A stretch of 36,153 bases of DNA. It comes from Nemertoderma westbladi (taxonomy: Eukaryota; Animalia; Xenacoelomorpha). The notes beneath the pieces were generated by a model. The model worked only from the letters and a program-made list of their open reading frames with translations, was not told the DNA's origin and searched no databases. Positions 23,001 through 32,123 of this stretch are shown here, piece by piece (position 1 is the first letter of the stretch; every line of letters starts with the position of its first letter). The DNA is taken from contig JAUCBJ010002011.1 in NCBI GenBank assembly GCA_032718475.1, positions 1 through 36,153 of the forward strand, written 5' to 3'. Made by a program: the position numbers and the translations under genes.

Positions 23001-24332
23001 CTTTCTGACTCCGTTCCGTAACGTTGATAGTCAGTTCAAGGACCGCGCTCTGACCTAACTCAGCCTAAGAGACTCAGCTGCGGAGAAGTTAAACAGCGCG
23101 GGATTCGCCCTTTTCAAGGACGTTTGTATACAGAACTTACATTCATCTGTTATACAAAGACCTCGAATACCCACGGGTTATTCTGTCGTGGAAGTTCAGA
23201 CAGTGGGTTCGCTTGCGGAGACAGCCGCACCTATCTCAGCTATGCAATTGGAGGACGAACCAATATGCTTAGAATCTGAGGAGATTCAGCCTACCGCGCC
23301 CCGGAGCAGCGATAACGACTACGTCTTGGAATGGTATCAAGGTCCACAATGTCTCACCGCATACGATTATCTGCACGCCAACTATATTTCTCGAAAACGT
23401 TGCCGATTATGCGCATCGAGAGATCATTTCACCCCTATGGACTCAGACGTACCCTGCTCCTATTTCCACGAACAACCGATGATGGAGATCTATTGTGCGT
23501 ATTGCAGACTTAATAACTCACACATTTTTGCAGTCTGCCCACAATTTATGACTCAATGCCATCACTGTCAACTTAAAGGACATGCCAGTTTTAATTGCCC
23601 TTTTAACCGCGATTTAGAAAGCGTAGGTGAGATGATTACCCTGCGCTACATCCGAGCTTGGGAAGCGAACATGGATTTACATTGTGAGTCCCACCATCGC
23701 TATTACCCTGGACGCGCTTACGAAGGAGTTTACGCGTTCCATCCTTATCGATTCGCGTCTGTTGAACAAAAAACACGCACCCCTAGTTACGAACTAATGA
23801 AGCGTGTTGGTGAGTGCATTTCCACCAAATTTGTTCGCAAATATCTCAGGAACGTCAATCCTAACGATATTAGCTCATACCATTTGATTAATTTCATCCG
23901 TCAAGACCCTGAGTATGGCGATTTATTTATCAACTCGCACCCTGAGTTACAGGAAGTATCTCGACGGCCCTACGAATATCGAGCCCGAGAAAGCGAGCTG
24001 GAAAGAACCATTAAACCGAGGAAGTTTCTCACCACTCACGGTCCACCTACCGCTATTGTCCAGACGACTCGTCAGGGACCAGTAGGAGCTGCTGTCCTAA
24101 GACGCGCCCTAAAGGCCGTTAGACCTCGCTCTACTGAAGTTGATATCGATCAACCAGTTACCTCGACCGGCGGATACACCGATCGTAATCCTAAACCTTC
24201 TGATGCAATTGTATTGCACCCTTCACCCAGGAGTTACAGCCCTCCTAGTAAAGTGGCTCGCCCCAAAGAGAAAAGGACTCTTGAAAAGGACTCAAAAAAC
24301 TGCGTAAACGCCGTCCGCGTAAGAAAGACTAA
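20077..24332 (+). pseudogene. Accessory ORF, about 1,417 aa when repaired: unknown N-terminal region, DEDDy-type 3'-5' exonuclease, three CCHC zinc knuckles, basic C-terminal tail
   Basis: Track ORFs 20077, 22555 and 23188 share one frame, with only three stops between them (TGA 22285, TAA 22495, TAA 23056). ExoI VVTYDNEG (22216-22239), LPQPVLEMLFN.RILKIGSAVYGD (ExoII D 22531), PFVDTQ, SIGHLAFQEYGWNFK, PLRPSLAIYMIFE (ExoIII-like 22855-22869). Knuckles at 23401-23600. A +2 indel near 24284-24293 masks the KKLRKRRPRKKD-stop seen in copy 1. Confidence 0.85.
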
Positions 24333-24401
24333 CTGTTTAGAGTATTTTTATATTTTAGAAACTGTGATTTTTATATTTTATAGAATTAAATCCCATTTTC
24401 T

Positions 24402-24409
24402 GAGAGCGG
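24402..24409 (+). promoter_or_regulatory. Polypurine tract before the 3' LTR
   Basis: GAGAGCGG abuts TGT at 24410; GGGAGCGG sits at the same place in copy 1. Confidence 0.75.
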
Positions 24410-25277
24410 TGTAAAAGCTTTTGCGGAATTAGCCGGTTATTTTCCCTGCAAAGTTCTCTGTAGGTGTTTTAACGGACATCAAAAGCCGTTTCCTTACTGT
24501 ACTGGTGTTTTAGTGGACATAAAAAGCCATTTCTTCTGTATGTGTAGTTTAGCAGACATAACTAGCAATTCTATGTCGCAATACGCTAAAATCCTCTTGA
24601 AACAGTGTAGTTACTATGACGACAGCTAACAGCTGATCTGTACACGTGTAGCTTTTCCTTTGTTCTCTGTCGTTTCTTTGTTCGGTCAACCAATCAGAGC
24701 GATTCTCCTGCTTTTTGTACAGAAACCTCCGGGAAATCGCGCAATGCATTATGGGTTAATGTTTACCTTTTTTCCTGATGCCAGAAGACCGGCTTTGGAA
24801 TATCTGTGTTTTCAGGCTTTAGCCCAACATTAGTAGGCTTGATCATCAAAACGTATATCTGTTATCCTACTCAAACTAATCAATGCAAATCATATTGTCA
24901 ACTACAAACACCGCATTTTTACTGCTATTTACTGTCGGTCATTAATTATCGGTTGATGGAATATTATTATATTTGGATAATATCGATCAATAATCAGAAA
25001 CCCCAATCTTCTTGATATACTGAAGGTTAGAGAGACCGGTTACATATAACAATTGCGACTTACATTAAAGTGGTTTTAGAGTGAATCTAATGCTATTTCA
25101 TAGGCACTACATGAGTCGGTTGCTGTTCTCTTTATATGTGACTAAAATTAGTGAAGGTCGGCAGATCAGTGTGCAGTATTGTGCGGTAGTGTGCATGATT
25201 GTGACTGATAACAAAGCATCTCCTAAAGAATGCGCTTTATACGTGAATCCATAGCCATCCCGTTGTGTCTAGTATAA
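24410..25277 (+). repeat. 3' LTR, first 868 bp (rest displaced by an insertion)
   Basis: Matches 6736-7603 with about 5 substitutions and no indels by eye; homology stops abruptly after TAGTATAA. Confidence 0.96.
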
Positions 25278-26013
25278 CCCAGTGAAAAGTGCGCAAGCGA
25301 ATCGCAAGTGATATTCATGCGCCATGCGTTATTCTTGCGGAAAAATTATTAGTGATAAAACTCCTGCGATACACTTGCGAATCACATTCGTTTTATCTCA
25401 TGCGAAAAAACGCATTGGAATCACTTATTAAAGAAATTTGTGAAATCAACACTTATGAATTTCTTGAGATTTATCACTCATTTGTCACCTTATGCTGTTA
25501 TGCCTTTTGCGGGCATATTTGAATTTGAATTTTTGGCGCTACAACCCTACAACTGTACTGGCTGACTTACTGCTGTACCGGTACGTACTGAATATCCGAA
25601 TGCAGGAATGTATTCATTCAGTACATTGCAGTTGCAGTACTGTTGTTTTGTAACTACCGGTATCATAGTTGTAGCAAGTAGTGACAGTGAAGTGTGAACT
25701 GCCTATGGACTGACGGAGTCACTCACAACTGCAGCAGTAGGCAGGTAGGCCTGCTTCAGTCAGGCAGTTTGCTTTGATGGTCAAGCTAGCACTAGCTGTC
25801 TACTGGTCTATAGCCTATCTGCTATCTGCAGTAGGCTGACTCTGACTGGGACTGGCCGTGTCTTGTGCTGCGTCCTACGTCTAGGTCTACCGGTACCGGC
25901 AGACCGGTACTACCTGACTACTGCCAGACTGCTGTACTCCTGTACTGTTACTGTATGCTGGTAGCAGTCTGCCGGTACCGGTCAGCAGGCAGCAGGTGCA
26001 GGCGCAACTTTTC

Positions 26014-26505
26014 CGGTCCTACGACAGTACGAATTACCCAAAAATACCCCAAAACACCCCAAAACACCCCAAAATACTCCAAAAGACCCCAAAATAGTAT
26101 AAAACTACCCCAAAATACCCCAAAATAGTTTAGGCCTATAATTACTCCAAAATACCCCAAAATAGTTTAGAATTACCCCAAAATACTTTTTTTTGAGCCT
26201 TTGTTTTGGAAATTCAATTTACCCCAAAATATGGCAAAATGACGAATTACCCCAAAATAATGATGAATTACCCCAAAATAATTAAAAAATTTTTCTTCAC
26301 TCTCGTTTATTGTTTTGGTTCAAAAAACTTGCCACTGTAACCTGCTCCTTTCCCTCGCTGTTAAAAAACATTGTTAGCTTATTTTGGGGTATTTTGGGGT
26401 AATTTTTTAGCCTTTTTGGGGTATTTCAGTATTTTGGGGTAATTTTTGACTATTTTGGGGTACCGGTATTTTGGAGTATTTTGGGGTAATTCGTAGGTAG
26501 GACCC
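26014..26505. mobile_element. Mutator/Foldback-like MITE (492 bp) with 9-bp TSD
   Basis: CAACTTTTC at 26005-26013 and 26506-26514. Termini (C)GGTCCTAC...GTAGGACC(C). TACCCCAAAA arrays in opposite orientation on the two arms. Confidence 0.88.
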
Positions 26506-26875
26506 CAACTTTTCTTTATATTGGGGAAATTAGAGCGATCAAACTGTCAAAGCCAAAGCAGCAACGCAGCAAACACAGACTGAACTAGATTGGTTCATCA
26601 GTTCATTCGTTATGGTTAGATAAATTTAACAGGCCGAATTCAGGCATTTGTTCAAAATTATATTTTATACAGCACTAGCTGACTAGTAGGCCTAGCTGCA
26701 GAGCTGGGTACAGGGTACACCGGGTAGGCCTAGTCGCCTCGATCAGTAGATAGGCCTACCGGTTCCGGTAAGCTTACAATATAGGCCTATTAAAATAGGA
26801 TGGCTAAAACGTCTGTCCTTATCTGATCTGATCTGATCTGACGGTATCTGACACTTGTTCCACCTTGGTTCAGAG

Positions 26876-28640
26876 CCCACCTTGGTGTAGTGGTTATATT
26901 GAATTCACATCTCACGGAGGTTATGGGTTCAACCCCGGCATGCAGCATGGGCAGTAAGGGAAAATACCCCGAATCGGGGTACAGCTCTATACACCGAATC
27001 GGTGTCATAGTGGAAAATAGTGACACCGATTCGAGATTTTCAGTAGAAAGCTATACCCCGAATCGGTGCTCTACTAGAAAATCTTCAGGCAGCGGAAAAA
27101 TTAGGTATACCCCGAATCGGGGTATAGGAGTTATTTACGCCCCTCCAGAAAAATGATGTTTCACTCACGCCAGACTGGAATTCATAGTGCGAAAATTACA
27201 TTTTGTGCAGTACAATACTGTTTCATAGTCATAATATAAATGTGGTAACTATATTGATAGATAGGGCCTACTACTGAAGTATGGGAGGTACTGTATATTA
27301 CTATACTATATTGTACATTTACATTATTATTATTGCAGTGTTTTGTCTATCAACTGATATATAAATATGGATATGATAACAAAAAGTATGTTTTTTAATC
27401 GACACAGAGTACCAGTACATTAGTACCAGTACAGTAAATTCCATTATTAAGAGATAGGAGCAGGTTACAGTAGCTGCTTTTTTTTAACCAAAACAATACA
27501 TGAAACTACATTTCGAAATTGAGGGAAAATAGTAAGTTGTAGTTACAGTGGTGGGGTGGTGCTTTTAACTACTCAACCCACCCCTCTAGCCTCTAGGTGT
27601 ACAACTTAATCCGAGGATGACTAATATTAGACAATGTAGGCCTACGCCATAATAAAAAATAACATGTAATACTGTAAATCACATTAGCGGCAACTGCTCT
27701 GCCACCAGGAATAGCTCACATTATAAACTTGGCCCATTTATTACACTACCAATTTGTCACTGTCACGAGACCATATGTGGAGAAACCAAAGGCTAATTAC
27801 TACGTGGTGTACTCAAGGTAGCCTCGGGAGAAACGATATGACAGTTCGATAAACAAATTTAATCGTAGGACAATGAACCAGATATTATTTATACAGCAGA
27901 TTGGAAGACTGGTTTCGTATTTTCCATATCAGTCAACAGAGGCGTTATTTATTTAACTTTTATCTGCCACCTGTCTTCATCGAAAATATATTAAATATTT
28001 TAATTAATTTGTTCGTTTATATAACACTAATACTAATTAAAATATGAATTACATCACGAAAATCCATTAAAAAATATAAAAAACGACTAGAAAATATACA
28101 CCGAATCGGTGTCAGAGTGGAAAAAAAGAGCCGATTCGGTGTATTTTCGAGAAAATTGAATTCCTGAATCGGTGTACTAGAAAATACTGACCCCGAATCG
28201 GTGCTTCTGCAGGCTGTATGAATATATCGCAAGCCCCCATTCGGGGTACAGGGAGTCCTGGATACCCTGATTCGGGGTATAATTTACATTAGATTTTCCG
28301 GTACAATATCGAAGCCGGAAGATTTCATTATTACTCCAAAGTTTTCTTATTTGTAGTACACACCAATGTGTATTCGAATATGCTAAAACGAAATTGCGGA
28401 ATTAAAATCTTCATATGCGGAAATGAAGGAGAAAAAATGTCTATGGGAGAACCCCGAATCGGGGTATACCAAAACCCCGAATGGGGGTTTGCTTCTATAC
28501 CCCGATTCGGGGTATTTTCCCTTACTGATGGGGGCCAAGGTAGTTTTCGTTTCGTCACGAATGCTTTGAAGGGTTTAGCGAGGCATCTCTGCCTTGCATC
28601 CTTAAATGGTAGCTAAATGAGTACTGGAGTTTCTGCCCAT
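26876..28640 (+). mobile_element. tRNA-derived SINE with Nin/Deu-like core, split by the 26952-28527 insertion
   Basis: A box TGGTGTAGTGG 26883-26893 and B box GGTTCAACCCC 26926-26936. After the insert, CTCTGCCTTGCATCCTT...GGTAGCTAAATGAGTAC (about 28587-28625) resembles the Nin/Deu-type SINE core. Outer ends approximate. Confidence 0.62.
26952..28527. mobile_element. Non-autonomous DNA transposon with 30-bp TIRs and 5-bp TSD (hAT5-like)
   Basis: CAGTAAGGGAAAATACCCCGAATCGGGGTA is inverted at the right end. ATGGG at 26947-26951 and 28528-28532. Many subterminal CCGAATCGG quasi-palindromes. The hAT5 label rests only on CAG ends plus TSD length. Confidence 0.85.
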
Positions 28641-29293
28641 GTCAGTCAATATAACACCCCCCCCCCCCTCTCTCTCTGAAACTAATGCTACTAACTAAAA
28701 GCCTAACTGAATCTAACTAAAAGGGATTCCTATAAAATAAGCTAGAAATTTTAATCTTGTTTTTAGCGGCGGGTGCCAAATTTTGGTGCCAGCCCCATAT
28801 TTTGCAATATTTCAATTTTGTAAATTGATTATATTTGAAGCTGTTTTTTCCGCAATAGGTGTTTTAGGCGTTCTAGTCTCGTTGGAATATATATGAATTG
28901 CACCATAGGCATATCATCAACGTTGTATTTTTCGGTGCCGTGTGCAAAATTTGGTGCCAGCAAGAAATTTTGAAAATTCATTCAATAGTTCAATTGATTG
29001 TGACAACTCATAGTCCTATCTATTGTTTTATTGTTATTGTCCTAACAACTATACATCTCGGTGGGTGAAAATTTTCAACAACATCGTTTATTGTTTTGGT
29101 TAGAAATTGCCGCCTTGTAACCTGCTCTTTTCCTTCAATTGGAAGGTAAAAACATCGTTTGATTCCCACCTTCCAACCCACCTTCCAATCTTCCTTCATT
29201 GTCTGGGTATAATAAACTCCACTGTATCAGTGGCAATCAGGGCAATATGGGGAATGTTAAAGTGTTTCGCCATATTCGGCAGCAACAGTACTG

Positions 29294-29795
29294 CCTGTAT
29301 GGAATCCATCCAAAAAGTGCGCCGGATAGCGCGCCAACCAATTTTTATGCGCGCCGCGCGCCGATGCAATTTCGAAGAAACCCTGCGCCAACGAAATTTT
29401 TAAGGGCGCCGCACATTGAAACAATTTTGAAGAGCGCCGCGCCAATGCAATTTAAATTTTGAAGGAGTGGAACCAGTCTGCCAATGTCAGTACTGCTGTA
29501 CATGTCAGCATGTCCCTGTTCAGCAGTAACCATACTGTCAGCACACAACAGAAAAAAGAACAAAGAAAGGCGAGCGAAGCGAGCCGAAATTTTTTAACAG
29601 CTAATAATTCAATTTTTAAGGCACTTCCGTAATTGTTAAACCAGCAAATTGGCCCCGGTTTTTATTTTTGGGAGCGCCACGCGCCAAAGCCGGCGCACGT
29701 TACGATTTTCGAGCGCGCCACACGCCACATTGGCGCGCTTTTATTGTAAAGTGCGCCGGATTAATCCGGCGCAAAGTGTATGGATTCCAGTCTGG
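29294..29795. mobile_element. About 500-bp MITE with imperfect TIRs and GCGCC subterminal repeats
   Basis: CCTGTATGGAATCCAT...GCGCCGGAT at the left end versus inverted CCAGACTGGAATCCAT...GCGCCGGAT at the right. CAGTACTG flanks both sides (palindromic, so the TSD/TIR boundary is ambiguous). Confidence 0.72.
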
Positions 29796-30219
29796 CAGTA
29801 CTGTACAGAGGTACTGTACCTCTTCCTGCCTTCCCTTTACTGCTTTAGCGTAACAAACAAACAATAAATATTTTAAATGTAATATACTAATAAGCACAGT
29901 ATCATTATTTAATAATATTAATTATAATTAATATAATTATCTTTAACTATTAATAAACTATTAACAAGAAAGATTACTAAAATATTGCAGCAAAGGCAGA
30001 AAGGCTGTATTGTTTTTAATAAATGATTAATGTTTCAACACCAACTACATCTGCGAAAGTTGTTTACATCCGAAACTATCCATCTTTGCTGGGGCAATCA
30101 CACAACTTTCATACCTGCCATCCTTCATCCTACTGTATATCGCATTTTTAACATGCCTTTGCTGCATTGGCTGCATACCGGTATGCCTGAAGGCCTACTG
30201 CTATGTCATATGATGGTAC

Positions 30220-31666
30220 TAGGGCTCAACAGAAGCTTCGGCTTCGGTTCGGTTCGGGCCGAAGTTTGGCAATTTCGGTTCGGTTCGGCTTCTGCAATTG
30301 ATACTGCAGAAGCCAGGAGCAAACTTTGCTAATTATTCCAAGTATTACATTGACTGATTGAGCTAAGACCAGAAGACAGTAAGACTAATCAATCTGTCCA
30401 TCGTTGTACTAATTAATTTTGGGGTGTAAACGTTAAGCAGACACTGGTGCAGAGCAGACAGTAGGTACAGACAGTGGTGCAGACAGTGATGCAGACAGTG
30501 GTGCAGACACCTGGCAGCCTGGTGCAGACAGTGGTGCAGTCGGGCAGACACTGGTGCAGAGCAGACAGTGGTGCAGACATTTGTGCAGGTTTTGGTACAG
30601 ACAGTGGTGCAGACACTGGTGCAGACAGTGGTGCAGACACTGGTGCAGACAGTGGTACAGACAGTGGTGCAGACAGTGGTGCAGACACTGGTGCAGACAG
30701 TGGTGTAGACAGTGGTGCAGACACTGGTGCAGACAGTGGTGCAGACACTGGTGCAGACACTGGTGCAGACAGTCTGTCAGTGGTGCAGGCAGTGGTGCAG
30801 GCAGTGGTGCAGACACTGGTGCAGACACTGGTGCAGACAGTAAAGGGGCGAGCAGGTTAGTAAAGGAGCAGTTTAGTAAAGGAGCAGGTTTCAGAGGAGT
30901 ATTGGGGGAACCAAAACAATAAACGTTATTGTTTTGCAGGCTAAGAATACCCAAGGGCCAAGAATACTCGCAGGCTAAGAATACTCGCGGGCTAAGAATT
31001 CCTGAGACCTTACTGTAGTTAGTCTGCACTGTCTGCACCACTGTCTGACTGTCTGCACCAGTGTCTGCACCACTGCCTTCACCACTGTCTGCATCACTGT
31101 CTGCACCAGTGTCTGCACCACTGTCTGCACCAGTGTCTGCACCACTATCTGCACCAGTGTCTGCACCACTTTCTGCACCAGTTTGCACCACTGTCTGCAC
31201 CAGTGTCTGCACCACTGTCTGCACCTGCACCAGTGTCTGCACCAGTCTGCCAGTGTCTGAACCACTGTCTGCACGCTGCACCACTGTCTGCATCACGGTC
31301 TGCACCACTGTCTGCACCTGTGTCTGCACCACTGTCTGCTTAACGTTTACACGAACTTCCATTTAAATGGCATTATTTTTTTAATTGTTTTCAGTTTACT
31401 TGGGTAGTTTCATTTGTCATTTTATTTTGTAGTACTTATTTTTTTAATTAATCATAGCTTTCTTGCTAAGTCCATAGACCAAATAGGTACCAGTCTGCCA
31501 CTGCCAGCAGGCCAGTCAGCCAGTATAGTGACGTAAATACGAATTTATGACCATAACTTGCTAACTTTCTGAACTTCGGTTCGGATTCGGTTCGGTTCGG
31601 CCCGAAGTTGGCCCTGCTTCGGTTCGGTTCGGTTCGGCACCATAAAGTGCCTTCTGTTGAACCCTA
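30220..31666. mobile_element. Non-autonomous hAT element (1447 bp) with 8-bp TSD
   Basis: TIRs TAGGG(C/T)TCAACAGAAG. GATGGTAC at 30212-30219 and 31667-31674. (TTCGG)n subterminal repeats at both ends. Confidence 0.92.
30424..31352. repeat. Foldback structure: two inverted arrays of a 12-bp unit (GCAGACA(G/C)TGGT) around a spacer of about 180 bp
   Basis: GTGTAAACGTTAAGCAGACA 30424-30443 is inverted at 31333-31352; arms about 30424-30842 and 31021-31352. Confidence 0.92.
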
Positions 31667-32123
31667 GATGGTACTGATACATAACATGGCAACCTGATGA
31701 TCCCCTATTGGCTATTTACCTATATCTCTTTCTCCTGATTGGTTATATGATCAGATGCCGTCAGATCAGATCAGATCAGATAAGGACAGACGTTTTATTC
31801 TACCTCCTATTAAAATCCCGTAATCGATTTGATTTTTGTTTTAAAAAGGGATACCGGTAGGGTGAAATTGTTGTGAAAAGTTGAAATTTCAACTCAGTTG
31901 AAAGTAGAACTTCTCCCCGACTGTCTGTTGAGCCCTAGTACAGTCAGACAGTAGTACCGACTGACTGACTGACCGGGACCGGTCACTTCAGTCATTGGTC
32001 ATTCACACTGTACCGGTAGTACGGTAGGCGCCTACTATAATATTGTAATAAAAAAAATAATGCAGTAGGCCTAATACAATATTATACGTACAGACGTAGG
32101 CCTATTCAATTTTAATAAAAAAA

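Larger units (their letters stand above)
6736..25277 (+). mobile_element. Giant BEL/Pao LTR retrotransposon with an extra non-env ORF; 3' LTR interrupted at 25277
   Basis: Direct LTRs start TGTAAAAGC at 6736 and 24410. Domain order gag (three Zn knuckles)-PR-RT-RNase H-IN with BEL-type motifs. About 6 kb lies between the pol stop and the 3' LTR. Confidence 0.96.
26797..31808. mobile_element. About 5-kb non-autonomous TIR element of unassigned superfamily hosting nested inserts
   Basis: TAAAACGTCTGTCCTTATCTGATCTGATCTGATCTGACGGTATCTGA (from 26805) is inverted at 31751-31797 with one mismatch. Termini AGGA...TCCT are flanked by ATTAAAAT at 26789-26796 and 31809-31816 (alternatively TAGG...CCTA with 6-bp TTAAAA). 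Confidence 0.78.

Noticed and set aside
20077-24414. env gene in the extra-ORF position
   Set aside because: No signal peptide or transmembrane anchor. The hydrophobic tail up to 24414 arises from a frameshift and runs into the LTR.
26876-26951. tRNA gene
   Set aside because: A and B boxes are present but there is no convincing cloverleaf, and it continues into a SINE-like core after the insertion.
30363-31366. Repetitive ORFs (SAPL, GADS, CLHH, WCRQ repeats) on both strands
   Set aside because: Translations of a 12-bp tandem array inside a non-autonomous hAT element.
31924-31937. Orphan hAT-type TIR TCTGTTGAGCCCTA
   Set aside because: No matching left TIR with a TSD, so no element could be delimited.
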